From positions 52,360 through 116,359 of the forward strand of contig NMRA01000111.1 of NCBI GenBank assembly GCA_002633005.1: DNA of 64,000 bases. The letters are read 5' to 3'. The notes beneath the pieces are model-generated. The model did no database searches. It was not told the DNA's origin and was given only the letters and a program-made list of their open reading frames with translations. The DNA comes from Phoronis australis. Taxonomy: Eukaryota; Animalia; Phoronida. Of this stretch, positions 54,301 through 62,750 are shown piece by piece. Position 1 is the stretch's first letter; each line of letters starts with the position of its first letter. Position numbers and translations under genes: made by a program.

Positions 54301-57050
54301 GTCATGGAGGGGGCTACGGAGAATATGAAATATGCAGATACCTGTTTATGAACACTTGAGCAATGCAATAGAATTCATTTACTTGTTAATACCAACACTT
54401 CTGAATGACCAAAGAACATTCATGTTTTATTAATAACAAGTTTAAACTGAAAAAGTAATTTTAGCTAAACTTGCCTCAAGTCCCACCCATAATTTTTTTA
54501 ATTGTTCTTGTCTTGGAGAGTTTATTTGTTTCTATTTCCTCAGTACATGCACCTAGATACAAGTTTTTTCAAACCATGTACTAACAATTCAAAGTTAGGG
54601 GCTACGGAGAATACAGGCTGCTACGGAGAATACGAAAGACATTTTTGCTTATGATCAATTCAAATCCAGGGCTTGGTCTAATACTTTTTGTGGGCCAAAA
54701 ATAGCTTCAAGATTCCCAATGTGCAGTATCAAATATCTTTTATTTATGGAAGAATTTAATGGAATTCAGACAAGGCTACGGAGAATACACAGTTTTTCTT
54801 AGGTGACTGTGATATTATTTGGTTGAGGAATCCAATCACTAGGACATCTGGTACAAATATATGGTTTCTAAATCAAATTCTATATACCATCAACCATTAA
54901 AGAACACAGTTCAAAACACTAGTAATGCTTTTTTTCAGGCATGGCTGTAGGAGAAGGAGTATATGCAAATTTACGTGTTTTGCATAACATTGACATTATT
55001 TTGCAAGTGTGCCTGAAAATTACTTTTGACTTTTCAGATCCCTGGAATTTCCTGAAGAAAAACAAGAAATACATGTTAGGATCATGAAAAAACATTAAAT
55101 TTCCATTAAATGTATGATTTAATTAAATGCCATATGTATTAAAAACATGCAAATGTTTCGGTGAAACAAAATAACGATGGATTTCTGGCTATTTTCAGCT
55201 ATATCAAGGATTACTCTGGCCATGATTAACATTTTTTCAGACTTTAAAATGCGTAAATGTCATAAGTAGCGGTGCTTAAACAAGATCATCATACAAATAT
55301 CTGTCAAAGGTGAAGGAATTCTGTCAATATGATTGCATAACATAAAAAAATCTAAATTTGCACCCGGACTCCTGAGTGAAAAAATGGGTAATTTGTTTAC
55401 AATATGACGACATTGAATTACACATATGATTTTGGTATTGTTCGATTCCTTGCAACGTTATCTTTCTAAAAATACAACGAATTTTTTCCTACCCCGCTCC
55501 CTTAGTATTTTATCATGAAATTTCTGCTCGCACTATTTCCCAGTACTCGGTAGTAACACCGCCATGTTGGAATGAAAGGAGTCACCTGGCGGTCAAAAAC
55601 TGAACTAATCTACCGACTTCTGCAGATTGTCGCTTTTCATAGGTTCAAATTGACCGAGACCCGTCTATCCGCCCTGCCTGAGTTACGGTCCCAAGGGTTC
55701 GAATTCGGTGCTATGGTGACCCTGGTACGCATCTGCTAGCAAGAATCCACGAAAACTGAAGCGGGGCTTGTTTTTGAGGTTCAACTTGGTGAAAAGGGTT
55801 TCAATTCAAACAATTTTCGTGGAAAAATGGTCAAATGGTCACAATTACAAAAATTGGAAAAGGTGAAATGCCGCCGCTACTTGTTTCTCCATATTATGTC
55901 GGGAAAACTTTAGCGGGAATCTCGCGCTGGCAAACACCATTCAGAATCGATGATGCTGTTTCATTCATTATAGCAACAGGTGTCGCTGTAATCTTGAGTT
56001 GAGCTAACATGGCGGTGTCAATCGGGAAATAGTGCGAACCAAAATTCGACGATAAAATACGGAGGAAATGCGGTAGGGGATACATTTATGTATTTTTGGA
56101 AAGATAATGCTGAAAGGAATCGAACGATACCAAAATCATATGTGTAAGTCAATGTCGTCATATTGTAAATAATTACCAAAAAATGCCGTAATGTGTTAAT
56201 AATGTCGTGAACGTGTATTCTCTCGTTGTGTGGCGTCATGTGGTGTTGTCTTTGTTCGTCTCTGTGTGTGTGGTGTTGACATAGTGAGCCAGTGATAGGT
56301 CACGTGACTCTGGGCACGAGGGGGAATCGGGGAGTCTATGAAAGGGTGTGGACCTAGATAGACGTTCTGGAGAGTGTAACTAGAAGCGCTCTTACAAGTG
56401 TGACACTGATGGCAAGCCCGGACAAGAAGTTGGGTAAGTTGGCTGTCTCTGAGGAATTATAGGCCGCGTTACTATAATAATAACCCCATGTTCCTATGTG
56501 TATGGTTCATTTGATTTTATTTGCTGTATTTTGAAATGAGTAACTTTTTGTGGGGATGTACTATCGCCCCTGTATGCCTGTGGCATCCAGGGCGATGTAA
56601 TTGCCTAGTCTTCATACAACTAGCTGGCTGGCTAGGCAATTCCAAATCACTTTAACCTCGACTTCTTCACTTCTACATCGATCAGTAAAAATGTCCCATT
56701 AAATAATGGTTTTTAGTCAGCAGCAGCGGCTAATTTTTTTCTTTTTTCTTTTTTCTCAGCTGTCCGTTTTCCTGTTACTCGCCAAATCGAGCTAGCCAGT
56801 GAATTAGAAAATTCTGGAACTGTAGAGAACAGTTGAACTGGTCGGCGAGACATCAAATGGAACCCACGTGCCAGACAAATGGCAAAAGGCGAGAGAAGTT
56901 AAAGTAAACTCACATTTTCATTGTTCCCTTTGGACCTAGGTTTGTTCTGAGTACATCTTGAAGTCCTCTTGCAGCACTAATGTTCATTTGGAGGGCTTGT
57001 GCCGCCCTAGCAACTTCTGCTTTTGGGTTCAATGCTTTCACAGCGGCCAT
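30331..57050 (-). CDS. CCT6: T-complex protein 1 subunit zeta (chaperonin CCT/TRiC subunit 6), complete, 14 exons, 531 aa
   Basis: Exons 5'->3' on the minus strand: 57050-56914, 41372-41309, 40598-40404, 39748-39635, 39174-39071, 38433-38323, 37903-37744, 37002-36920, 36461-36365, 35340-35193, 34169-34077, 33496-33353, 31537-31465, 30403-30331 (total 1596 nt). Translates [15 protein letters not shown]...[24 protein letters not shown]...GDGTTS...HGARHPDM...VVPGAGAFE...[16 protein letters not shown]. All introns are GT-AG. Confidence 0.97.
31916..33243. mobile_element. PIF/Harbinger-like MITE, copy 2, with a secondary repeat insertion (about 32105-32635)
   Basis: Same TIR as 26333-26896 (GGGCTGTTCCAGCA ... 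TGCTGGAACAGCCC). TSD TCA/TCA. The internal segment has repeated CCAAATTTCATC...TTGAGATA units and GACA repeats. Confidence 0.85.
33741..33818 (-). ncRNA. Candidate intronic box C/D snoRNA in CCT6 intron 11
   Basis: Minus strand: actgatca-ATGATGA (C)...CTGA (D')...CTGA (D)-ggtctgt, short terminal stem, about 78 nt, same sense as the host. Target not established. Confidence 0.4.
34188..34570. repeat. Degenerate intronic minisatellite, about 32-bp unit x about 12
   Basis: AAGATGAACTCAGC(A/T)GACTATGTTG(A/T)GATAAT-like units starting about 20 bp from the CCT6 exon 11 acceptor. Confidence 0.9.
35942..36128. repeat. Degenerate minisatellite, about 21-bp unit x about 9
   Basis: CATG(C/T)TTG(G/A)ATAATATCGGT-like units. 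Confidence 0.8.
38585..39073. repeat. Tandem repeat, about 120-bp unit x4, overlapping the CCT6 exon 5 splice donor
   Basis: Units share GTCAGAG(C/T)TACATGACCTACTTT ... CCTAGTTTGTGTTCA ... TATGACTTAAC. The last unit runs into the exon boundary at 39071. Confidence 0.88.
39464..39577. repeat. Minisatellite, 25-bp unit x about 4.5
   Basis: CCACACAGTACCAGTAACTG(C/T)TAGT tandem copies. Confidence 0.92.
42026..43831. mobile_element. Tc1/mariner(pogo)-like non-autonomous DNA transposon
   Basis: Perfect TIR CCGTAAACGTTCGGGTTAACGCCC ... GGGCGTTAACCCGAACGTTTACGG flanked by TA on both sides. Many subterminal GGGCG(G/C)TTAA motifs. A decayed right end of the same family lies at about 44820-44975. No transposase ORF seen. 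Confidence 0.9.
43933..44059 (+). pseudogene. N-terminal fragment of a GPCR paralogue of 48512-49594
   Basis: [24 protein letters not shown]...PLIILIY aligns with [24 protein letters not shown]...SLIFLVL of the intact GPCR. It is truncated at the start of TM1. Confidence 0.7.
44116..46305. mobile_element. Non-autonomous DNA transposon with CAG...CTG termini and 5-bp TSD (hAT5-like)
   Basis: TIR CAGGGCTCGAC ... GTCGAGCCCTG. CATAA lies on both sides. Subterminal CAG(G/C)TCGCA repeats at both ends. Confidence 0.85.
47278..47530 (+). mobile_element. 3' fragment of a Penelope-like element (GIY-YIG endonuclease C-terminus)
   Basis: Translates [46 protein letters not shown], typical of the PLE GIY-YIG end (R.IKE.I.I...NRD.G..LP..Y). 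Followed by a CTGTA-gaa-TACAG hairpin and GAAACGTCG. Confidence 0.75.
48512..49594 (+). CDS. Rhodopsin-like (class A) peptide-receptor-type GPCR (FMRFamide/sex-peptide/srw-like group), single coding exon, about 360 aa, nested antisense in CCT6 intron 1
   Basis: Seven hydrophobic segments, N-terminal N-glycosylation sites (NET, NFS, NGS), TM1 GN, TM2 [11 protein letters not shown]3 Cys and [12 protein letters not shown]5 IP..LILILN, TM6 FLITTIP, TM7 YAVNFILYC, helix 8 STFRKEL. ATG at 48512 is preferred over the GTG at 48491. Confidence 0.92.
   Translation: MNETDMNFKLTYPGDISENFSNYANGSLIERGNVRKTSLIFLVLNSIYFTISLIGNALTLCVFTRKSSRKRSSSMYFINLACFDTIVLFLHFLKVCVFRVHPETISHPVVCIIWRSCLQNSRKISNWTLVALTTDRMIAVLFPFRAITMCTAKRAVCVIIAIISIMSVTAVKNVWLVSVDNGFCAAYNKLYMDIVRPFTLIELGIEGLIPSSLILILNISILVGLAKQRAQMSRQNEGFMQNNFRRDRQITWMLLFVTFVFLITTIPHLLFRILRIQGVICPLPNHGPGSKVCKRVMDSLQSLKMCSYAVNFILYCIQGSTFRKELKLVFCSACTRETTNTGARSGTIGGSMQSLSIYEL
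50804..50981. mobile_element. Possible short MITE
   Basis: 12-bp inverted ends ATTGACCTATCG ... CGATAGGTCAAT. No TSD confirmed. Confidence 0.35.
51431..52019 (+). mobile_element. Truncated second copy (right end) of the 44116-46305 element
   Basis: Colinear similarity to about 45773-46305, ending ATGTCAAGCCCTG. Confidence 0.85.
52627..53714 (-). mobile_element. Helentron/DINE-1-like non-autonomous element (full length)
   Basis: On the minus strand: T-run, subTIR ATGCGCCCAC with adjacent palindrome, (CCGT)n microsatellite, central about 455-bp tandem duplication, 3' GTGGGCGCAT subTIR, CAACGC/GCGTTG hairpin, CTTGTTT. No TSD. Confidence 0.8.
55387..56177. mobile_element. MITE with about 180-bp TIRs and 8-bp TSD (Merlin-like)
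   Basis: GGTAATTTGTTTACAATATGACGACATTG...CACCGCCATGTT vs AACATGGCGGTG...CAATGTCGTCATATTGTAAATAATTACC. AAAAAATG is duplicated on both sides. The GGTAA terminus fits the Merlin GGNRM consensus. Confidence 0.85.
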
Positions 57051-57553
57051 TATTGAAGATAAGGTATCGTTTTTTCTCGCGAGACTTTCTATTTTAGTCT
57101 CAAAACAAAAATTTAAATTTAAATATCATTAGAAAATATTTTAATTGTTATCTATTTAAGTTTAAAAAAACAAAATTGTGTTAAAATTATGCTTGGATAA
57201 ATTGCAACTATATTCAAATTAAGAGTGATGTTGAACACAAATGATCATGGTACAAGACTATGACCTATTTTGTGCCCGTGAACGTGACGTCAACTACATC
57301 TGCTAGGCGGAGGATTTTGGGATCCAATCTCCATCAATTTCTTTGCCGATTTAAAAAAAAGTAAGACGAGATCGCCCAACTTTGTGTAACGCAATAGTAA
57401 TGCATTTTATTTCTCTGGGAAAACTACCCTAGCAAGGCTGCTTGACTCTTGTCGATATTAACCGTTGTAAGTGTCCGTGCCACTGCCAATGCAATCCCCC
57501 GGTTAGACCTACCTGACAAGGTTACGTGAGATTTTTCTCGATGTGTATTACAA
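57051..57553. promoter_or_regulatory. Putative bidirectional CCT6/POR promoter region
   Basis: Head-to-head arrangement. Palindromes TCTCGCGAGA (57075-57084) and TGACGTCA (CRE, 57285-57292). Candidate non-coding POR exon donor CAA|gtgagt at about 57553. Confidence 0.55.
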
Positions 57554-59581
57554 GTGAGTCATTAATTATTAGTTTGTCGGATTGGCAGTGCGTCATCGCT
57601 TACATTTGGAAACTTGACCTCACCACGCTCATTTCCACGTGTAACATTGTTATCTGTCCTGTGATCGTGACCGAAAGGGGTTATGTAACCGTGTGAGTTG
57701 AAGAAGTCTAAAAAGGGAAAAAGCCAAGGCAAGACTAGCTACACTATGTCAGCTGATGAGTACTAATTCTTAACTAATTGGCCAATTTTCTGTTTTTGAC
57801 ATTTAATGTTCTGTAAGTTCTAGCAGTATCGGATATGAGTGTGACTTGATTTTCAAAGGACTTCGATTGGTAAAAGAATGGTGAGTGTTGTCTATTCTTA
57901 GTTAGTGAACAAACCGTTAAACAGGGTTGGAAGTCCATACATTGAAAGTCTAGACTTTATTCATCACTCAAATTTCATGTCAAATATTAACCTGCACACT
58001 TCGAAATTAAATCTCTTGCTTACATTCATCTGCATAAGTAATATAGTGGATATAACTACTCGCAATTTATCAAGCTCTTCAATTGAACTTATTCACTTGA
58101 AGATTCGCCTTTTTAATATTCGCTTGGCACTCTGTTGTTTTCATTTTTACTTAGCGGAGAATTTGTGAACTAAAGCATTCACTAAGCTCACTAGCTGGCA
58201 TTTGGGTCAGTACATAGATGTCATTAGGTAAAAAACTGAGAGTATAAAATGGCAGACAATGTGATTCGCCGTTGTTAAAGAATGGTAAAAAGAGGGGACG
58301 TTTAACCAGGTAAGACGGGTGAAATAAAATGCAACACAAAATGAATGCATTAAAAACTAACTCCTTGATTAAGCTTGGTTTCTGGTGTGAGAACAACACC
58401 ATTAATCGGTTATTCTGCTGTTCTCTTTATGGTCCTATCATGTGTTAACTTTGAGTGCCATGAAATATTAGAACGCCATCTGTGGGCCTATTCCTGTTGT
58501 CTCCAATTTTTCAATCTGCTGTTTTGTTATCACAAGGTTGTGCACAGTTCACAACATATAACCAGAACTGGTTGCACCTTATTAGAAATCTTGAGTATGT
58601 TATTATCAGCAAACCGAAATTCTGACCAAATTGTGCTTCGGCATAGTTGTCACTACCTCCTGAAACGCGTCGCTTTACGAAACCCAAAAAAGTTGAGCAA
58701 TTGGCACCCACACATGTTGTGCATATTGTTTTAAAATTGAAATCGGAGTTAAAAGTACTTTCGCACATTCTGGCGTGCTACATTTTGATCTGTTTTGTTG
58801 TGAAAGGACCGCAAATAGAGATGTAATGAACTGGAAAAGTGAGCTTCGCTTAAATTGCCAAATTTTTACCCCATCAATTCCTAGCTTTGTTTTAACGTTC
58901 AGTCATCCGCAGCTTAGTAGTGATGTTGTTTGGTGGTGGCCAATCTCATTTGATCGTACATCGAATTTCCACACTGTACTCTGTTCCCTATATTTTAACT
59001 GAGAATTAACAATTTAGTTGTCTTTGAGATAATCAGTGAATCAGGCACGTGAATGCATTTTCTTTTGAAGTTTGTTTCTTGTGATATTCAAGACTTGAAA
59101 CCTTAGAACGAATTTTTATTTTCGCTTTGTCGAATTTCTGTCTAGAATCAATAAAAAGATTGTTGCTGCTACCATCGGTACCATTAACTTGTTCACACTG
59201 TGATTTTCTTCATTACAACCATGTGCACCCATGAATTTTGCAACCTAACTGTTGGATTCCAATGTACAGACAAAAAGGTTGTCAGATTTTGAGTCGCGTT
59301 ATTTGATCACAGATGTCTTTTATGTTGATATGTGATGACTTAGATTTCATGAGCTGAGAAACACCTTTCGTTCATTTCAGTGCAACTTGTTGGGATCTGG
59401 TTAAAGAGATATGCCAGGCAATTTTTATCTTATCCTATATTTGCTTCCGAGGTCTTATTTTAAGTTGGTATGGTTTTAAAATGTTTTGCAAGTGTCACTT
59501 TCCTTGGACAAAAGTTTTCGGCTTAAAGAAATCAGAAACTTCTTTTTCGTCAGTTTGAGTGCTTGAAGTTGAAACTCAGTC

Positions 59582-59855
59582 GAAGAGATTATGTTGAGAT
59601 ACTCGCATTCATACTGTAGTATCAATAGTATTATGCATTGTCTTGTAGGAAGAGATGATGTGGAGATACTCTCATTCATACTGTAGTATCAACAGTATTA
59701 TACATTGTCTTGTAGGAAGAGATTATGTCGAGATACTCTCATTCATACTGTAGTATCAACAGTATTATACATTGTCTTGTAGGAAGAGATTATGTCGAGA
59801 TACTCTCATTCATACTGTAGTATCAACAGTATTATGCATTGTATTGTAGGAAGAC
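59582..59855 (+). repeat. 67-bp tandem repeat x4, each unit ending in a 3' splice-site-like sequence; the last is the POR coding-exon acceptor
   Basis: AG at 59648, 59715, 59782 and 59849, each preceded by CATTGT(C/A)TTGT and followed by GAAGA(G/C)AT. Confidence 0.92.
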
Positions 59856-62750
59856 ATGACAAGTGAAGCTGAGGCTGCAGAAGGTGCACCTGAGGCATTC
59901 CTAAGCACCCTGGATATCTTTATATTGGGAGCTCTCATTGGCTTCATTTTTTACTGGTTGTTCATCAGAAACAAAAAGCAGGAACCAGTTGCCATTAAGA
60001 AACTCACAGTAGTCAAGTAAGTGAAACATGGTAGTCTGATGCAAAAGTGGACAGTTTTGATAGGAGCTTGCGTGAACATGTACAATTTTTCAACTCTTCT
60101 GCTTTGAGAGCTTTTTAGAAATGTACAATTCATTTCTTTTGTCATAATGCGTCAGTAAATAGAATTTCCAAAATAGTTTCAAAATTAAGCCGTTAATTTT
60201 AAAATTTATTCATTGAGAAAACAATTGAACTAATGTTAGCAAGAAGTGTTTAACAAAACTTCAAAAAATATATATCAAGTCTTGGCCATCCATCTAAATC
60301 ATTAATCCTAACATTATACTTTCATGAAACTATTCCGATTACTATGCACACACACGAAATGCACATTGAATTCATTAAAAAATTAATATTCTTTAGCATG
60401 TTGATTTTTGTTTTGGTATTTTAATATGATGCAATTCGCAAATGCATTTTAGAAAAAAATATGCATCTTCTATTAATAATATCTTGGAATTTGCATTCTT
60501 TTCTATTTTGACTTTGAATGAAAAGTCACATACACAATACTCAGTTGCATTTAGATTGTGTTGAAATTGATACATCAGCATGCCTGTGATAGCTCCACTT
60601 GAAAAATATTCACTTTCAGCATAATACTGCTAGACGGTAAATTAATTAACAAAGTAGTTGTTTAGTTCAGTGGCAGGTCGAGATTCGTTTTAGGCAATTT
60701 TTCTTATATTTCAAGATTTTTTTTGATTTATTCAAGAATGTTTAATTACAAACCTGCTCATTTTGAGTTTTCATTCTGTAAATTGTCCTATACAGCTTAT
60801 TAGTACCTACTGCAGCCAGAGTCTTGGATTTTTATCATTTTTTGTAACTTAATATGGCGCAACAATGAAATCTTATCTCATTAAATAAATAGTTTTAGTG
60901 TTTCTTGGGTATGTGGTCTGTCATGTGACTGTACATATTTCTGTAATGCCAGTTCTTGATTTAGACTCCAGTACTTAGTAATGACTTGCATTCTAATTAT
61001 TTTATTGTTTGTTGCCTTTCTTAGACCTCCAGTTGCCACTTCAGGATTTGATTCAAGTTTTATAAACAAAATGAAACACTCTGTAAGTATCACCTAGCTT
61101 ATCAGTGCATTAGAAACTTATGAAAATGTATGGTTCACTATGTACTTTGTGGTCTAGAGTGATGTTGTATAATTCATTTCTGTCAGAGTTCCGAGGCACT
61201 GTCTTGTGTTGCTTTACCGTTAGCCAAACTCCGGTCTATCGAAACTCCATCTCTGCTCCCTTTAACTTTTCCACTCACTCGTCTCTGCTAGCAACACTGG
61301 AGTTACCACTGGTTCTCTGGATTTAACAAAAGATGGTGAAGTTGATGTGCTCTCTACATTAAAGTTAATGTTTTGCATATTACTACCTCCTGTGATTACT
61401 ACCTTAGGAGGGAAGTTTATCTTTCCCGTTGCAGGGTAGTTGTGTAATTCTGCATTTGAATCCACCTATTTTGGGAGGTGTTTTGATGGCTGCATCAGGG
61501 AGTTATGCTTTCTTACTAACCAGAACGCGTCAAAACAAGAGTTGCATCATTAAGGGGAAAGCGACATTAGTCCTTGAAATTTCTGCATTCTGGTGATATG
61601 TGATTGTTTTGGTCATATAATTTCCTGAAACTTGATTGGGCAAGGTCATTTTTACTAATTACTGCTCGTGAGAAAAGAATAACTTTGTAAAAAAAGTTGT
61701 TGTGTTTCCTGAGAAAGAAGCGTATTCCTAAGAAAATAATTGTGGTGCATGAGAAAGGAATTGTGGTTCTTGAGGAAAGAACGGGAAAAGGATACTGTTG
61801 GTGAGAATGTTTGTGTGGCTCGTGATTGAGGAAGACTTGTCACTCGTGATGCGTAACACCATTTCTAAAATCTATTAATCTGTTTACACCAACCTCCAGC
61901 CTGTTGGTACGTTTTGGTTAGTGACTTCTCTGCTCATATTCAGGTGTTACAGTCTTCTTAGAACAAGCATGTATGTATGGTACACTCGTGGTGGTCGATG
62001 ATGAGCTCTTTTTACTTTTCAATTGAGTTAGTCAGAGACCTTTGTTTATTTATTATTTATTTATCAATGTAATATTTACAATGAGGGTTGCCCCATCAGT
62101 TCACACTGCTTTCCATGAGGGTCCTCAGAGACCTTTAGACTGTCATTTCAGTACTCTCACCAATATACTACCAAGTCATCCATTGCTTTTAATCAAAGGT
62201 GCTGTCAACTTACGTCCTGTTAAAAAGCTATTAACAAAGCCCCTTACCATTCTAAAACTGCTCTAACAAAGCCCCTTACCATTCTAAAACTGCTCTAACA
62301 AAGCCCCTTACCATTCTAAAACTGCTCTAATAAAGCCCCTTGCCATTCTAAAACTGCTCTAACAAAGCCCCTTACCATTCTAAAACTGCTCTAACAAAGC
62401 CCCTTACCATTCTAAAACTGCTCTCAACATTAACCTTACTCAGATTAGCAATTCTCAAATTTTCTGACTGAGGGTTGAATCTACATTATTGTGTAAAAGC
62501 AAATTTATTCCTATTTAACTTTTGTTTAACTTTTTTAGTAAGACATTACTTTCCTTATTTCATACGAGCAAGTATTTAGTTTTGAGTGTCTGTATGAATT
62601 GGAATGTTTTGATGTTTTTAGGGAAGGAACGTTGTGATATTCTATGGTTCACAAACAGGAACTGCGGAAGAGTTTGCAGGTCGCCTCAGCAAAGACTGTG
62701 TTAGGTACGGGATGAAAGGAATGATAGCTGATCCAGAAGAATGCGAAATG
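59856..62750 (+). CDS. POR: NADPH-cytochrome P450 reductase, 3'-partial (first three coding exons)
   Basis: Exons 59856-60016 (MTSEAEAAEGAPEAFLSTLDIFILGALIGFIFYWLFIRNKK..., membrane anchor), 61025-61082 (PPVATSGFDSSFINKMKHS) and 62622-62750 (GRNVVIFYGSQTGTAEEFAGRLSKDCVRYGMKGMIADPEECEM, FMN phosphate-binding loop). Phases are consistent. Confidence 0.93.
62043..62128 (-). mobile_element. Isolated 3' tail of an L2/Crack-like LINE (or LINE-tail SINE)
   Basis: Reverse complement GAGGACCCTCATGGAAAGCAGTG...ACTGATGGGGCAACCCTCATTGTAAATAT...ATAAATAAATAA resembles the tail at 27388-27460. Confidence 0.7.
62232..62424. repeat. Minisatellite, 32-bp unit x6
   Basis: TAACAAAGCCCCTTACCATTCTAAAACTGCTC tandem copies. 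Confidence 0.95.

Larger units (their letters stand above)
52313..56195. mobile_element. TTAA-flanked (piggyBac-like) non-autonomous element carrying two nested insertions
   Basis: Left TTAA-AATACTCGGCATTTTTTCACTCAGG. Right, after removing the Merlin-like insert, CCTGAGTGAAAAAATGCCGTAATGTG-TTAA. Internal GG(C/A)TACGGAGAATA motif x6 and a duplicated block (about 53800 vs 54170). Confidence 0.7.
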
